Below, one piece after another: positions 1-7,845 of a DNA stretch of 26,722 bases. Origin of the DNA: a virus. The notes beneath the pieces were generated by a model. The model saw only the letters and a program-made list of their open reading frames with translations. It did not search any database and was not told where the DNA came from. The stretch's first letter is position 1, and every line of letters begins with the position of its first letter. Location: the IMG/VR virus record IMGVR_UViG_3300028584_001239. One strand, written 5' to 3'. Made by a program: the position numbers and the translations under genes.

Positions 1-417
1 TTATTTTTCGATTATAACACACTTGTAGGCTGAAGAGCTACCATAATATTCATCAAATTCGATGGTGGCCTTTTCACGAGAATGCAACAATGAGAAGACT
101 TCGGGTTTAGGAAGACTTGCATCCACTTCTGACATATAATCTTCAAGAAGGGCTTCATAAGGCACATTCTTTGAGATGATAAAATCCTTACCAGTATAGA
201 CATTCGGATCAATACGACCTGCCAACCAGTAACGGAAGAAATAACGTTGCATAATCAGTTTGTCGATTTGTTTTTCGCTTTCAGGATTGATGTAGCCAGA
301 CGGGTTTTCACGACCATAGACTTCTTGAACGAACTCGGGGAATAACTGATGTTTTACACTTACGTCGATATGACCATTTGAGTTAGTCACATCTATAAAA
401 AATTTACTTGCTTTCAT
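1..417 (-). CDS. hypothetical protein (138 aa)
   Basis: Complete ORF (TAA at 1-3), GAGG upstream at 433-436 and its own promoter at 468-496; no recognisable motif. Confidence 0.8.
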   Translation of the reverse strand: MKASKFFIDVTNSNGHIDVSVKHQLFPEFVQEVYGRENPSGYINPESEKQIDKLIMQRYFFRYWLAGRIDPNVYTGKDFIISKNVPYEALLEDYMSEVDASLPKPEVFSLLHSREKATIEFDEYYGSSSAYKCVIIEK

Positions 418-467
418 TTTACTATTTTTAAACCTCTATTTTTACATTTATTGAAATAATTTGATAG

Positions 468-496
468 ATTATATCACAATAAAGCTATGATAGCAA
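468..496 (-). promoter_or_regulatory. sigma70-type promoter with extended -10
   Basis: Minus strand TTGCTA-17 nt-TATAAT with TGA before the -10; back-to-back with the plus-strand promoter at 501-529. Confidence 0.75.
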
Positions 497-500
497 TACC

Positions 501-529
501 TTGTATTAAAATAATCAATATGGTATAAT
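501..529 (+). promoter_or_regulatory. sigma70-type promoter with extended -10
   Basis: TTGTAT(501-506)-17 nt-TATAAT(524-529) preceded by TGG. Confidence 0.75.
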
Positions 530-562
530 TGTATGGTTCGGCTAATCAATACGGAGCAAGAA

Positions 563-2236
563 ATGAAGATTTTTATCTCAACATCAAATTTTCACAAAGA
601 GAAAGAATTAAGTAAATATTTCAAGGATATTGGTCTAGTCACAACCCATCTAAAACCCGAAGAATTGATGACATTGGAAACAATGGACACTGATTATCTC
701 TGCATTCGTGAGCAAACCACATTACTTGAAAAACGTAGCCGTGATAAAGCTGATTATGACGCTTTTTGCGAAGTCGTTCATTTCTCTAATGTGACTGCTA
801 ATATTCAAAAAGATGGTGTCAAAACTCAATTTGATTTTCCTGCAGAAGTTGAAGGGTTTATTTTTCCACATTTGAAGACAACCCGAGATGATGTGTATAA
901 CTGGGATGACATCTTTGTTTCATCCAGAACCATGAAAACGTATCAAGACATGAAAGACAACGGTGTCAAAAACTCAGCCCGAGATTTAGCGTTTTCTAAA
1001 CTTATTGATGAGCTTCCATTCATTTTCGAATTCGAAAAGAAGGTTAACCTTAACTTTAACCCAACAGAAACGAATGATGTTATCTCATTTGAGCCGTTTA
1101 TCTATCAGTTGTTCCAAGAGAACGAATACTACAAAATTGCATACAAAAATCCACTATTCAAGAACATCATCAATAATGTCTTGAACGAAGGTCTGTTTAT
1201 CCGTAGAGCCAGTAACAGAAAACAAAAGAACTACTGGTTACCGGGTTTGAATGCGGGTATTCCATTGACACCCAAGAAAGACGAACTGCATGAAATGACC
1301 TTTATGTTTCATGATATCATGCATTTTATCTTTACTGACGTTTTTGTCATAGATGATTCAAAACTCGCTAAACACAAATACCTTATTTCCAGAATGATGA
1401 GTGAAGCCTTTACATTGGTGTTGGCGGATATGTTGTTTGTGTCTTTAATCAAAAAAGAAAACATTGAATATGACTACAATAAACGTCGTATTTATCCATT
1501 ATTCGAAAAAATGGACTTCGCCATTGATAAAAGAAACATTACAAAAATTAAAGATCTATTGTGGGCTAACGTTTGTTTCGCCTTAATGGGTCGTGAAGAC
1601 GAATTGTTGGCACTGGTGGGTGACCAAAGTTTGATTGACCACTACAAAGAAAAATACCAAAGGTTCTTCCAAGAAGACTACCGCTGGACCAATCATAACT
1701 ATGAAAACGTAGTTAAAAAGGCCAGTAATAACAAGAAGCTGTTAAAAACAACGGAATTTTGTGACAACTCAATTCCTAACACCGATACCTTCTGCAAAGA
1801 TCTGTCATTGAACACTTCATTGGAAGAACAAATTAAAGTTGTATTTACTGAAATGTTTGGTAAGTTGGAAAAGCTTATTAACAATGAAATCAACTACGAT
1901 GAAACATTGGCTTTCACTAATGCTGTAAAAAGATACTACGTTGGTCAGATGTCAGTATTCTTTAAATTCGAAACCCTGTATAATGATTTGTTCATTACGC
2001 AAATGATGACGTACTTGAAGAAAGATGTATTAACCCAAGAAGACTTGAATAGCCTGAAAAATATCTATTCAGTGTATATTGATAAGCTAGAAGAAGATCT
2101 ATACATCAGTAAGTATACGGCCAAAGACTTTAAAAACATTTGCCCTATCTTCGATCCATTCTATGTTTTTTACGAAAAGAAAGAAAATGAAACATTTGCT
2201 GAAACTTTAACTGCTATATTCAAAGAGGATAACTAA
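563..2236 (+). CDS. HAM1/ITPase (RdgB)-like N-terminal domain fused to an unknown helical domain with an HDxxH...E motif
   Basis: IFISTSNFHKEKE resembles HAM1 ATxNxxKxxE; EVEGFI, YNWDDIF, KTYQDM and KNSARDLAFSKL resemble GxI, FGxDPIF, KTxAEM and KNxxSHRxxAlxKL. Start moved from 533 to ATG 563 because GGAG lies at 553-556 and 533 is only 3 nt after the -10 box. Confidence 0.75.
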   Translation: MKIFISTSNFHKEKELSKYFKDIGLVTTHLKPEELMTLETMDTDYLCIREQTTLLEKRSRDKADYDAFCEVVHFSNVTANIQKDGVKTQFDFPAEVEGFIFPHLKTTRDDVYNWDDIFVSSRTMKTYQDMKDNGVKNSARDLAFSKLIDELPFIFEFEKKVNLNFNPTETNDVISFEPFIYQLFQENEYYKIAYKNPLFKNIINNVLNEGLFIRRASNRKQKNYWLPGLNAGIPLTPKKDELHEMTFMFHDIMHFIFTDVFVIDDSKLAKHKYLISRMMSEAFTLVLADMLFVSLIKKENIEYDYNKRRIYPLFEKMDFAIDKRNITKIKDLLWANVCFALMGREDELLALVGDQSLIDHYKEKYQRFFQEDYRWTNHNYENVVKKASNNKKLLKTTEFCDNSIPNTDTFCKDLSLNTSLEEQIKVVFTEMFGKLEKLINNEINYDETLAFTNAVKRYYVGQMSVFFKFETLYNDLFITQMMTYLKKDVLTQEDLNSLKNIYSVYIDKLEEDLYISKYTAKDFKNICPIFDPFYVFYEKKENETFAETLTAIFKEDN

Positions 2237-2237
2237 C

Positions 2238-3008
2238 ATGCATAAATTCCCATTTGCTGACTTCAACCAGATTAACAACGAAATGAATAATCTTGATTTA
2301 AAAAGTCATGAGAAGTTGGCTTTTATGCACACCGCTATTGGTGGTGGTTTTCATGACAAAGAGAAAACCATTATGACAGGTTCTGCAGCATCCATTGTTA
2401 CATTAGGAAGCTTTCCTATTGAATTAAACAAAACAGGTGGTCTTTGCTTTATGGGGAATGATGTAAGCCTTGCAATGGTGAAGCACAAGCTTTATCAAAC
2501 AGTAGGACTATCTTCTTTCATGAGTTATCTCAACCCTAAAAACAAAACATTGAATGCGATTGCTGAGAGCACCATTGAATTGAAACATCATTCGGTATTG
2601 CATCAAATCCAAGTCGGTGTGATGTTAACAGGTATTAGTATTGGTGTTGAACATGAGTTCTCTACTCAACGTGATATTGTTCACCTTAGTCGTTTGACAG
2701 TTGCAAAAACCAGTGCTCAGAAAAGCCCTTGTCTGGTGTTGCGTGATGCTAACCACTATGCCGCTTACCAAGCTGTTCTAGAATCCACAAAAAAGATCTT
2801 GGCTGACCATGATATTCAGGATAACGAAACCCGTAACTTGCTATTCCCTACGGCCAAGGCCAGCGGCTTGCTGATTACAGGTAGTTTGCGAAATATGATG
2901 AAACTGGTCAGCGTGAAAGATTCTGGTGGTAAAGAAGATGAGTTTGTTGCTGCATTGCTCAATATTGAAAAAGTATTAGAAAATACCTTCCCAGAAATTT
3001 TTAAATAA
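2238..3008 (+). CDS. ThyX (Thy1)-fold protein with non-canonical motif
   Basis: LKHHSVLHQIQVGVMLTGIS resembles ThyX GHxSxxEHxxxTFxIxGVS; RNLLFPTAKASGLLITGSLRN resembles ARxxLPxxxxTxxxxTxNxR; RHRx7S is replaced by TQRDIVHLSRLT. Starts 1 nt after the upstream stop with GAGGA inside the upstream gene. Confidence 0.65.
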   Translation: MHKFPFADFNQINNEMNNLDLKSHEKLAFMHTAIGGGFHDKEKTIMTGSAASIVTLGSFPIELNKTGGLCFMGNDVSLAMVKHKLYQTVGLSSFMSYLNPKNKTLNAIAESTIELKHHSVLHQIQVGVMLTGISIGVEHEFSTQRDIVHLSRLTVAKTSAQKSPCLVLRDANHYAAYQAVLESTKKILADHDIQDNETRNLLFPTAKASGLLITGSLRNMMKLVSVKDSGGKEDEFVAALLNIEKVLENTFPEIFK

Positions 3009-3030
3009 ATAAAGAATAGGTTGCAGATTA

Positions 3031-3056
3031 AATAGTCCATAATGGGCTATTTTTTT
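3031..3056 (+). terminator. intrinsic terminator of the HAM1/ThyX-like operon
   Basis: AATAGTCC-ATAAT-GGGCTATT hairpin followed by a T run. Confidence 0.65.
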
Positions 3057-3076
3057 ATCACTAAATTAAGGACAAT

Positions 3077-3104
3077 AAAAATCTCCAGTGAAGGAGATTT
3101 TTTT
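3077..3104. terminator. bidirectional intrinsic terminator
   Basis: AAAAATCTCC-AGTGAA-GGAGATTTTT between convergent genes. Confidence 0.75.
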
Positions 3105-3115
3105 ATTCATTACGT

Positions 3116-3580
3116 TTAACGATGTGTCTTAATTTCTTTGTAAACTAATTGATAGCTGCCATCATGAACAGCCTGACCATTAACAAAAACCCCTGTAATA
3201 TTTTTCAACTGACCTTTATCAACAAAGTATCGAACATCCACTTTATCAGTCGGTTTGATATCCACATACAACGGCAAAGAAACTTCGTAACTGGATCTGA
3301 ATTGTGGAACATCGAAAGAAAGGACATGATTGGTAAATGTATATTTTTCAATATTATGTTTAGACCCAAGATCTGGTGGCCCCATACTTAGGAAAAACCA
3401 CAAGCATAAACCTGTAATCACCGATCCACCAGCAAACACACCAAAAACACGTCTACCACTGATCGGTTTACGCCCTTCATCAATATCAATCTCTTGACTC
3501 TCTTTAATCATTTTTCGTAATTTAATAACACACCAACAAAACAGTGCCACTACAACAAGGAACATCAGAATTCTAAACAT
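3116..3580 (-). CDS. hypothetical membrane protein
   Basis: Two hydrophobic segments (about aa 4-20 and 46-66), AGGA RBS, own promoter at 3610-3637. Confidence 0.8.
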   Translation of the reverse strand: MFRILMFLVVVALFCWCVIKLRKMIKESQEIDIDEGRKPISGRRVFGVFAGGSVITGLCLWFFLSMGPPDLGSKHNIEKYTFTNHVLSFDVPQFRSSYEVSLPLYVDIKPTDKVDVRYFVDKGQLKNITGVFVNGQAVHDGSYQLVYKEIKTHR

Positions 3581-3609
3581 ATAATTTTCCTTTTTTAATA
3601 AGATTAAAT

Positions 3610-3637
3610 ATTATACCACATAGAATTAAATTAACAA
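3610..3637 (-). promoter_or_regulatory. extended -10 promoter
   Basis: TTGTTA-16 nt-TATAAT with TGG before the -10. Confidence 0.6.
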
Positions 3638-4285
3638 CATTTCTGTGATTGTTTTCATGCCTTGTATATCTAATTTATTGAAATCCAATGTGAAGTCCCA
3701 AACCAATTCAACAGTTTTAATAAAACGAGTAAGTGTGCTGGATTCGACAACTACACCATCGGAAGTATAATGAATTTCAAAATATAAGTTAGGAGGAAAC
3801 TCTTGGTCTTTAATGTAAAAAGAAAAACGTTTTTGTTTGTTAAGCATCACTTGAAGTTGGTCAATAAAAAAACCATCAGGTCGAAGACTCACACTTAATA
3901 TCAAATCAAATTTTAATGAATCAAAACCATCAGTAGCTCCACCTTTACCCTTATAAATATCCTTGTAAACGAAAGACTTGAACAAATTAAATTTTGAAAT
4001 CGCATCATCCACCATGTTGTTAATGTAGTCGTTAGGTGTTTTTGTATAAGACAATTGGCCTTGGTAATTACAAATAAACTGCTTAAAGGTTAATTTAAAA
4101 CCATCGTCTCGATGTTTATACAAATTATTAATAATTACAGGTTTTTTAAATAATCGACTGCTATAAGATTCTTCAAATTTAGCAGTTTTAATAATCCGTT
4201 TTAATTCTCCACCTATCATGGATGGCAGATGAAAGTTTAAAAGACCAAGTTTTTGGCTTTCAGTCTCACTGATTAAGTATCTCAT
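3626..4285 (-). CDS. hypothetical protein with C-terminal EMxxI tail
   Basis: 219 aa ORF with AAGGT RBS; ends TITEMLLI, similar to the tails of 13686-14294 and 24393-25193. Confidence 0.75.
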   Translation of the reverse strand: MRYLISETESQKLGLLNFHLPSMIGGELKRIIKTAKFEESYSSRLFKKPVIINNLYKHRDDGFKLTFKQFICNYQGQLSYTKTPNDYINNMVDDAISKFNLFKSFVYKDIYKGKGGATDGFDSLKFDLILSVSLRPDGFFIDQLQVMLNKQKRFSFYIKDQEFPPNLYFEIHYTSDGVVVESSTLTRFIKTVELVWDFTLDFNKLDIQGMKTITEMLLI

Positions 4286-4331
4286 AATAGTTAGCTACCT
4301 TTTTTTGTAAAAATATCCCACAGGAGATACT

Positions 4332-5309
4332 TTAGTGTGTTTCCAAATAATCAAGATAGTCAGTCAAAATTTTAGACAACGATTCAGATGTTAACACAAT
4401 CTTGTCATAACTCTGCTCATCTTTTTGAACATAAGTAGGTCGTTGTAATGAACCACCTTCTGGGTTTGATGGGACTTCTGTAGTGACCAGAATAGTGGAG
4501 TTCAAAATTTTGTTGTCATAATACAAACGATGCGGCAACTGGTAAGGGTGGAAGTAGGACTCACCTTCATCAAGGCTCATCGCACAGAAGGGTGTCAATG
4601 ATACATAATCTTTAAGCACATGCTTGTAGGCTTGACGCTCACCTGAAATACGGTTACTGACATAATGACCTTCAATAGAGCAAAGTAACAATATTTCATT
4701 GTAAGAGAACCCGGTTAGTTCATGAATTCTATCAAGATCAATGGTTTCATGCATATTCAAATCATGAAATTGACTTGACCCCACACCCGAAAGTTTCAAG
4801 GCTTCAACAATTTCCATTTGGTCATTGAGGAACTTCAAGTCTTCTGGTGTGATTTGAGTAATAACAACACGAAGTTTTTCCAGAATAGCTTCTTCTCGTT
4901 TAGAAAGCGGACTCAATAGAAACTGTTGGTTTTCAAGATGTCCAGTGAGAACTGTCGATACGAAATCAAAACTGTGTTCATGTAAGGCTTCTACAATAGG
5001 AAGAGCACCTGTGTTTTCAGGATTCCAAATGTGAAGACGTAATTGCGTCTTTTGTAAGACATTAGGTGAATCCTTACGCAAATCCATCAAGACAATCTTA
5101 TCAAAGCCTAATGCGTGGGTATACGAGCGATTAGCAACCTTTTGAAGCAATTCTGGGTTGTTTAGCACATCTTTGATAAGATGAATGACATCTTCCTTAC
5201 CAAAAACGGAAGCAACCAGTGAAACGTCACCAGCATTAATGGAACGGTCACCGAAATGGTCAGTAAGAATAGTTTTAATTTCTTGGTAGGAACGGCTCTT
5301 TTGGTACAT
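4332..5309 (-). CDS. cupin / cysteine-dioxygenase-like metalloprotein
   Basis: SYTHALGFDKIVL, QLRLHIW, HEHSFDFVSTVLTG (cupin motif 1 HxH) and GESYFHPYQLPHRL (motif 2 His), separated by a long insert; GAGGA RBS. Confidence 0.65.
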   Translation of the reverse strand: MYQKSRSYQEIKTILTDHFGDRSINAGDVSLVASVFGKEDVIHLIKDVLNNPELLQKVANRSYTHALGFDKIVLMDLRKDSPNVLQKTQLRLHIWNPENTGALPIVEALHEHSFDFVSTVLTGHLENQQFLLSPLSKREEAILEKLRVVITQITPEDLKFLNDQMEIVEALKLSGVGSSQFHDLNMHETIDLDRIHELTGFSYNEILLLCSIEGHYVSNRISGERQAYKHVLKDYVSLTPFCAMSLDEGESYFHPYQLPHRLYYDNKILNSTILVTTEVPSNPEGGSLQRPTYVQKDEQSYDKIVLTSESLSKILTDYLDYLETH

Positions 5310-5331
5310 AATTTATCCTCATTAGAGATAT

Positions 5332-5360
5332 ATAATAACATTTTTTACAACAATCTTCAA
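5332..5360 (-). promoter_or_regulatory. extended -10 promoter
   Basis: TTGAAG-17 nt-TATTAT preceded by TGT. Confidence 0.6.
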
Positions 5361-5364
5361 GCAC

Positions 5365-5393
5365 AAAAAAGCCTCCGAAGAGGCTTCTTTTTT
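5365..5393 (-). terminator. intrinsic terminator with C(UUCG)G tetraloop
   Basis: Minus strand AAGCCTC-TTCG-GAGGCTT-TTTT. Confidence 0.8.
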
Positions 5394-5404
5394 AATCACA
5401 ATAT

Positions 5405-5767
5405 TTAATCAAGTTCACGGGCCTGCATTTTTTTGAGCGATTCAATGAACCGTTCGCTGAACATGTTTTCAAGACGCTCGTAACGGTTTGGACCACCTGT
5501 GTAGTCAGTGCGACCTTTGCAATCACGATACATGATGCGAAGCCCCTTGGCATTAACGATTTCTTGAAAGATCTGCAAGTAGAACTTGTCAGTATGCAAA
5601 ATCACTTCACCGGCTACGGCTGAACCACCGTAGCAGCTACGCACTTCAAACTCTTTATCGGTCAAGCCCAGTGATTTGGCGAGCTTTTTCAATTGACGCT
5701 TACCACTGTTGTGGAAAGTATCCTTGTTGTCAGACGTAACAAGCTTGATGGATTCTAGTTTGCTCAT
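5405..5767 (-). CDS. conserved hypothetical protein of plasmids/phages
   Basis: GGSAVAGEVILH and IMYRDCKGRTDYTGGPN match a motif pattern I recall from uncharacterised mobile-element proteins; GGAG RBS. Confidence 0.8.
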   Translation of the reverse strand: MSKLESIKLVTSDNKDTFHNSGKRQLKKLAKSLGLTDKEFEVRSCYGGSAVAGEVILHTDKFYLQIFQEIVNAKGLRIMYRDCKGRTDYTGGPNRYERLENMFSERFIESLKKMQARELD

Positions 5768-5799
5768 GGTGCAATCTCCGTTCTTTTTAAGGTGTCGCC

Positions 5800-5828
5800 A
5801 TTATAGCAAATCAAAGTATTTTTTGCAA
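5800..5828 (-). promoter_or_regulatory. extended -10 promoter
   Basis: TTGCAA-17 nt-TATAAT preceded by TGC. Confidence 0.75.
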
Positions 5829-5840
5829 TCTGGAATTTAA

Positions 5841-5984
5841 TTATTTAGCCCAAAGGTCATCAATTTCAAGATCGTCAATCATCAATTCACGTTCATTAAC
5901 AGAAAACATATCTTGTGCGGCAGTGTCTGAGCTGTCACACATGAATTGAATGTCTTCGATGCCGATAAGGTTGAGTTCGTTCAT
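5841..5984 (-). CDS. small acidic protein (47 aa), not in the ORF track
   Basis: Hand translation MNELNLIGIEDIQFMCDSSDTAAQDMFSVNERELMIDDLEIDDLWAK*; AGGA RBS at 5995-5998; own promoter at 6021-6049; fills the gap between neighbours. Confidence 0.75.
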   Translation of the reverse strand: MNELNLIGIEDIQFMCDSSDTAAQDMFSVNERELMIDDLEIDDLWAK

Positions 5985-6020
5985 TTTTTTTTAATCCTAA
6001 GTGTCTTTGGGTAGGGAATA

Positions 6021-6049
6021 ATTATACCACTACCCACACTCGAGAACAA
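6021..6049 (-). promoter_or_regulatory. extended -10 promoter overlapped by an inverted repeat
   Basis: TTGTTC-17 nt-TATAAT preceded by TGG; TGGGTAG(6008-6014) and CTACCCA(6030-6036) flank the -10. Confidence 0.7.
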
Positions 6050-6060
6050 GCATTATAATG

Positions 6061-6468
6061 TTAACTTTCTGGTATTTCTCTATTTTTATCAACAGTTTTA
6101 CTCAAGTCGCTCAACCCCATTTCAATTAACTTGGCAGCAAATTCATTGGGTGTAGGCGTTCTACCATCGAAAGATTTCAACATGTCCATAACAGGTAAAA
6201 TCTGATCCATAAACTTCCAAGCGTCATCAAAAAGTTGAACAAAAGCCACAACATCTTTACCTAAAAGTTTCCACTCAACTCTGAACTCATACTGACAACC
6301 ACCGTCCAAATAATGATAATTTCCAATATGGATGTTATCAATAAAGTTAAATTTGTCTTTCAAAATATCGTAATAATGATTTTTACTAAATTGATTAAAA
6401 CCAAAAACCAAGTCATTACCATCATTAACAACTGTAACATCACCATTTTCTTCTTTAACAAAACTCAT
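6061..6468 (-). CDS. hypothetical protein
   Basis: ATG at 6468 preferred over GTG at 6474 because GAGG lies at 6474-6477. Confidence 0.75.
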   Translation of the reverse strand: MSFVKEENGDVTVVNDGNDLVFGFNQFSKNHYYDILKDKFNFIDNIHIGNYHYLDGGCQYEFRVEWKLLGKDVVAFVQLFDDAWKFMDQILPVMDMLKSFDGRTPTPNEFAAKLIEMGLSDLSKTVDKNREIPES

Positions 6469-6485
6469 AAACACCTCAACAAATA

Positions 6486-6507
6486 AAAAGCCTCATAAAG
6501 AGGCTTT
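6486..6507 (-). terminator. intrinsic terminator after the OmpA gene
   Basis: AAAGCCTC-ATAAA-GAGGCTTT with the A-tract on the left (T-tract on the minus strand). Confidence 0.7.
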
Positions 6508-6518
6508 AAGTGAATGGA

Positions 6519-7163
6519 TTACTGCAGGATGATTTCAACACGGCGGTTCTTTGCCCGACCATCGGGCGTGCTATTTGAAGCAACGGGTTGGTGGAATGAC
6601 AGACCTTCCGTTTTCACTGCACCAAATGGAACACCTTGGGCATACATATAACTAGCCACCGAATTAGCCCGAGCTTTTGAAAGCGAGTCATTCAATGCGA
6701 CAGATCCAGTATTGTCAGTATGACCCACAATCATCATGGTCATGTTGTTGGTTCTAACTTCGTTCGCAATCACTGTCAGGGCTTGATAATTGGATGGATT
6801 AATATCAGCACTGCCAGACATAAAGGAAATATCACCCGGCATGGTAATCATCAGGCGATTATCTTTGGTTCGAGACAGTTCCATTTCAGCGTTACTGGCT
6901 TGAATCTGTTCACGCAGTTTCTTTTCTTGCACATCAGTGTAGTAGCCATAACCACCACCCGTCATTGCACCCAGACCGGCACCAATATAAGCACCTTTCT
7001 CACCACCGACAAGAGCACCAATGACACCACCCGTTACTGCAGCAATGGTGCCATATTTAGCAGATTTAGCCATTTGCTTTTCACCTGAGTAGGGATTTGT
7101 TGTGCAACCACCCAACATAACAGAGACAGCCAATAGAACAGCGGAAAGAATACGAATTTTCAT
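6519..7163 (-). CDS. OmpA-family outer-membrane lipoprotein (glycine zipper + OmpA_C; YiaD-like)
   Basis: Signal peptide with lipobox LGGC, Gly-zipper GGVIGALVGG...GAGLGA, and OmpA_C motifs GHTDNTG, LSKARANSV, NRRVEI. Confidence 0.92.
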   Translation of the reverse strand: MKIRILSAVLLAVSVMLGGCTTNPYSGEKQMAKSAKYGTIAAVTGGVIGALVGGEKGAYIGAGLGAMTGGGYGYYTDVQEKKLREQIQASNAEMELSRTKDNRLMITMPGDISFMSGSADINPSNYQALTVIANEVRTNNMTMMIVGHTDNTGSVALNDSLSKARANSVASYMYAQGVPFGAVKTEGLSFHQPVASNSTPDGRAKNRRVEIILQ

Positions 7164-7200
7164 TTTAAATCCTCGGTAGTAATACTATTTATGAACCATT

Positions 7201-7229
7201 ATTGTATCAAAAGTTTAACACAAAATCAA
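7201..7229 (-). promoter_or_regulatory. extended -10 promoter
   Basis: TTGATT-17 nt-TACAAT preceded by TGA. Confidence 0.65.
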
Positions 7230-7235
7230 CAAGTA

Positions 7236-7769
7236 TTATTCGTATCTGTAATTCATAAAGCGTGCAGATACCATATCAAACCGACTGCTTCGGTAAACAT
7301 TTTCTGGAAAGTCTGGTTTACCATTATCATTCAGCTTACCTGTTGCAAAAATCAGATCATTTTTGTCAAGGTTAACATGAGCAATGCGGTTGTCAGTTAA
7401 TGAGAAAGCCAAGAAACGTAGAGCTTCCTCTGAGAAACGTTCAACTTCATGAAACATAACAGCCACTTTCTTACCAGCCGCTTTTGCAGTCAAAACTTCA
7501 TTAACCAATTCATCATCAATCAATTCAATAGGCTCATCGTTAATAAGAGCATTGCGTTGAGCTTCACGAATTTTTCGTGCAATATCTGCAACATTTTCAA
7601 GTGCAATGACATGAAAGCCAGCCTTAGAAACAGCCTCAATCATACCATCATAGATTTCAACATTCTGTTTAGACCAAACAAGGAAGTTAAGCTTGGTTGC
7701 AATCAATGGCTTCAAAATAGGTGTCAGAGTTTGTGCTGAAACAATCGAACGTTCTACTTGAGTATTCAT
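7236..7769 (-). CDS. degenerate MoxR/AAA_5-like AAA+ core lacking Walker A
   Basis: VAVMFHEVERF...LTDNRIAHVNLDKNDLIFATG...VSARF follows the hhhhDEhNR...LxxRxhGxxxL...hhAAGN...RF pattern; the Walker A position reads LVWSKQNV. Confidence 0.6.
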   Translation of the reverse strand: MNTQVERSIVSAQTLTPILKPLIATKLNFLVWSKQNVEIYDGMIEAVSKAGFHVIALENVADIARKIREAQRNALINDEPIELIDDELVNEVLTAKAAGKKVAVMFHEVERFSEEALRFLAFSLTDNRIAHVNLDKNDLIFATGKLNDNGKPDFPENVYRSSRFDMVSARFMNYRYE

Positions 7770-7805
7770 GTCATTTACCTTAATGGTTTAGTGATTTAAG
7801 GCCAT

Positions 7806-7834
7806 ATTATAACAAATAAGGCCAACAGCGTCAA
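7806..7834 (-). promoter_or_regulatory. extended -10 promoter
   Basis: TTGACG-17 nt-TATAAT preceded by TGT. Confidence 0.8.
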
Positions 7835-7845
7835 CACTATAATAA

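Noticed and set aside
563-2236. Assigning rdgB
   Set aside because: Catalytic Asp and SHR motif are altered and there is a large extra domain.
2238-3008. Assigning the gene symbol thyX
   Set aside because: The RHRx7S signature is absent; only fold-level similarity is supported.
7797-7824. TAAGGCCA direct repeat flanking a -10 box
   Set aside because: Two 8-bp copies only and not seen at the paralog's promoter.
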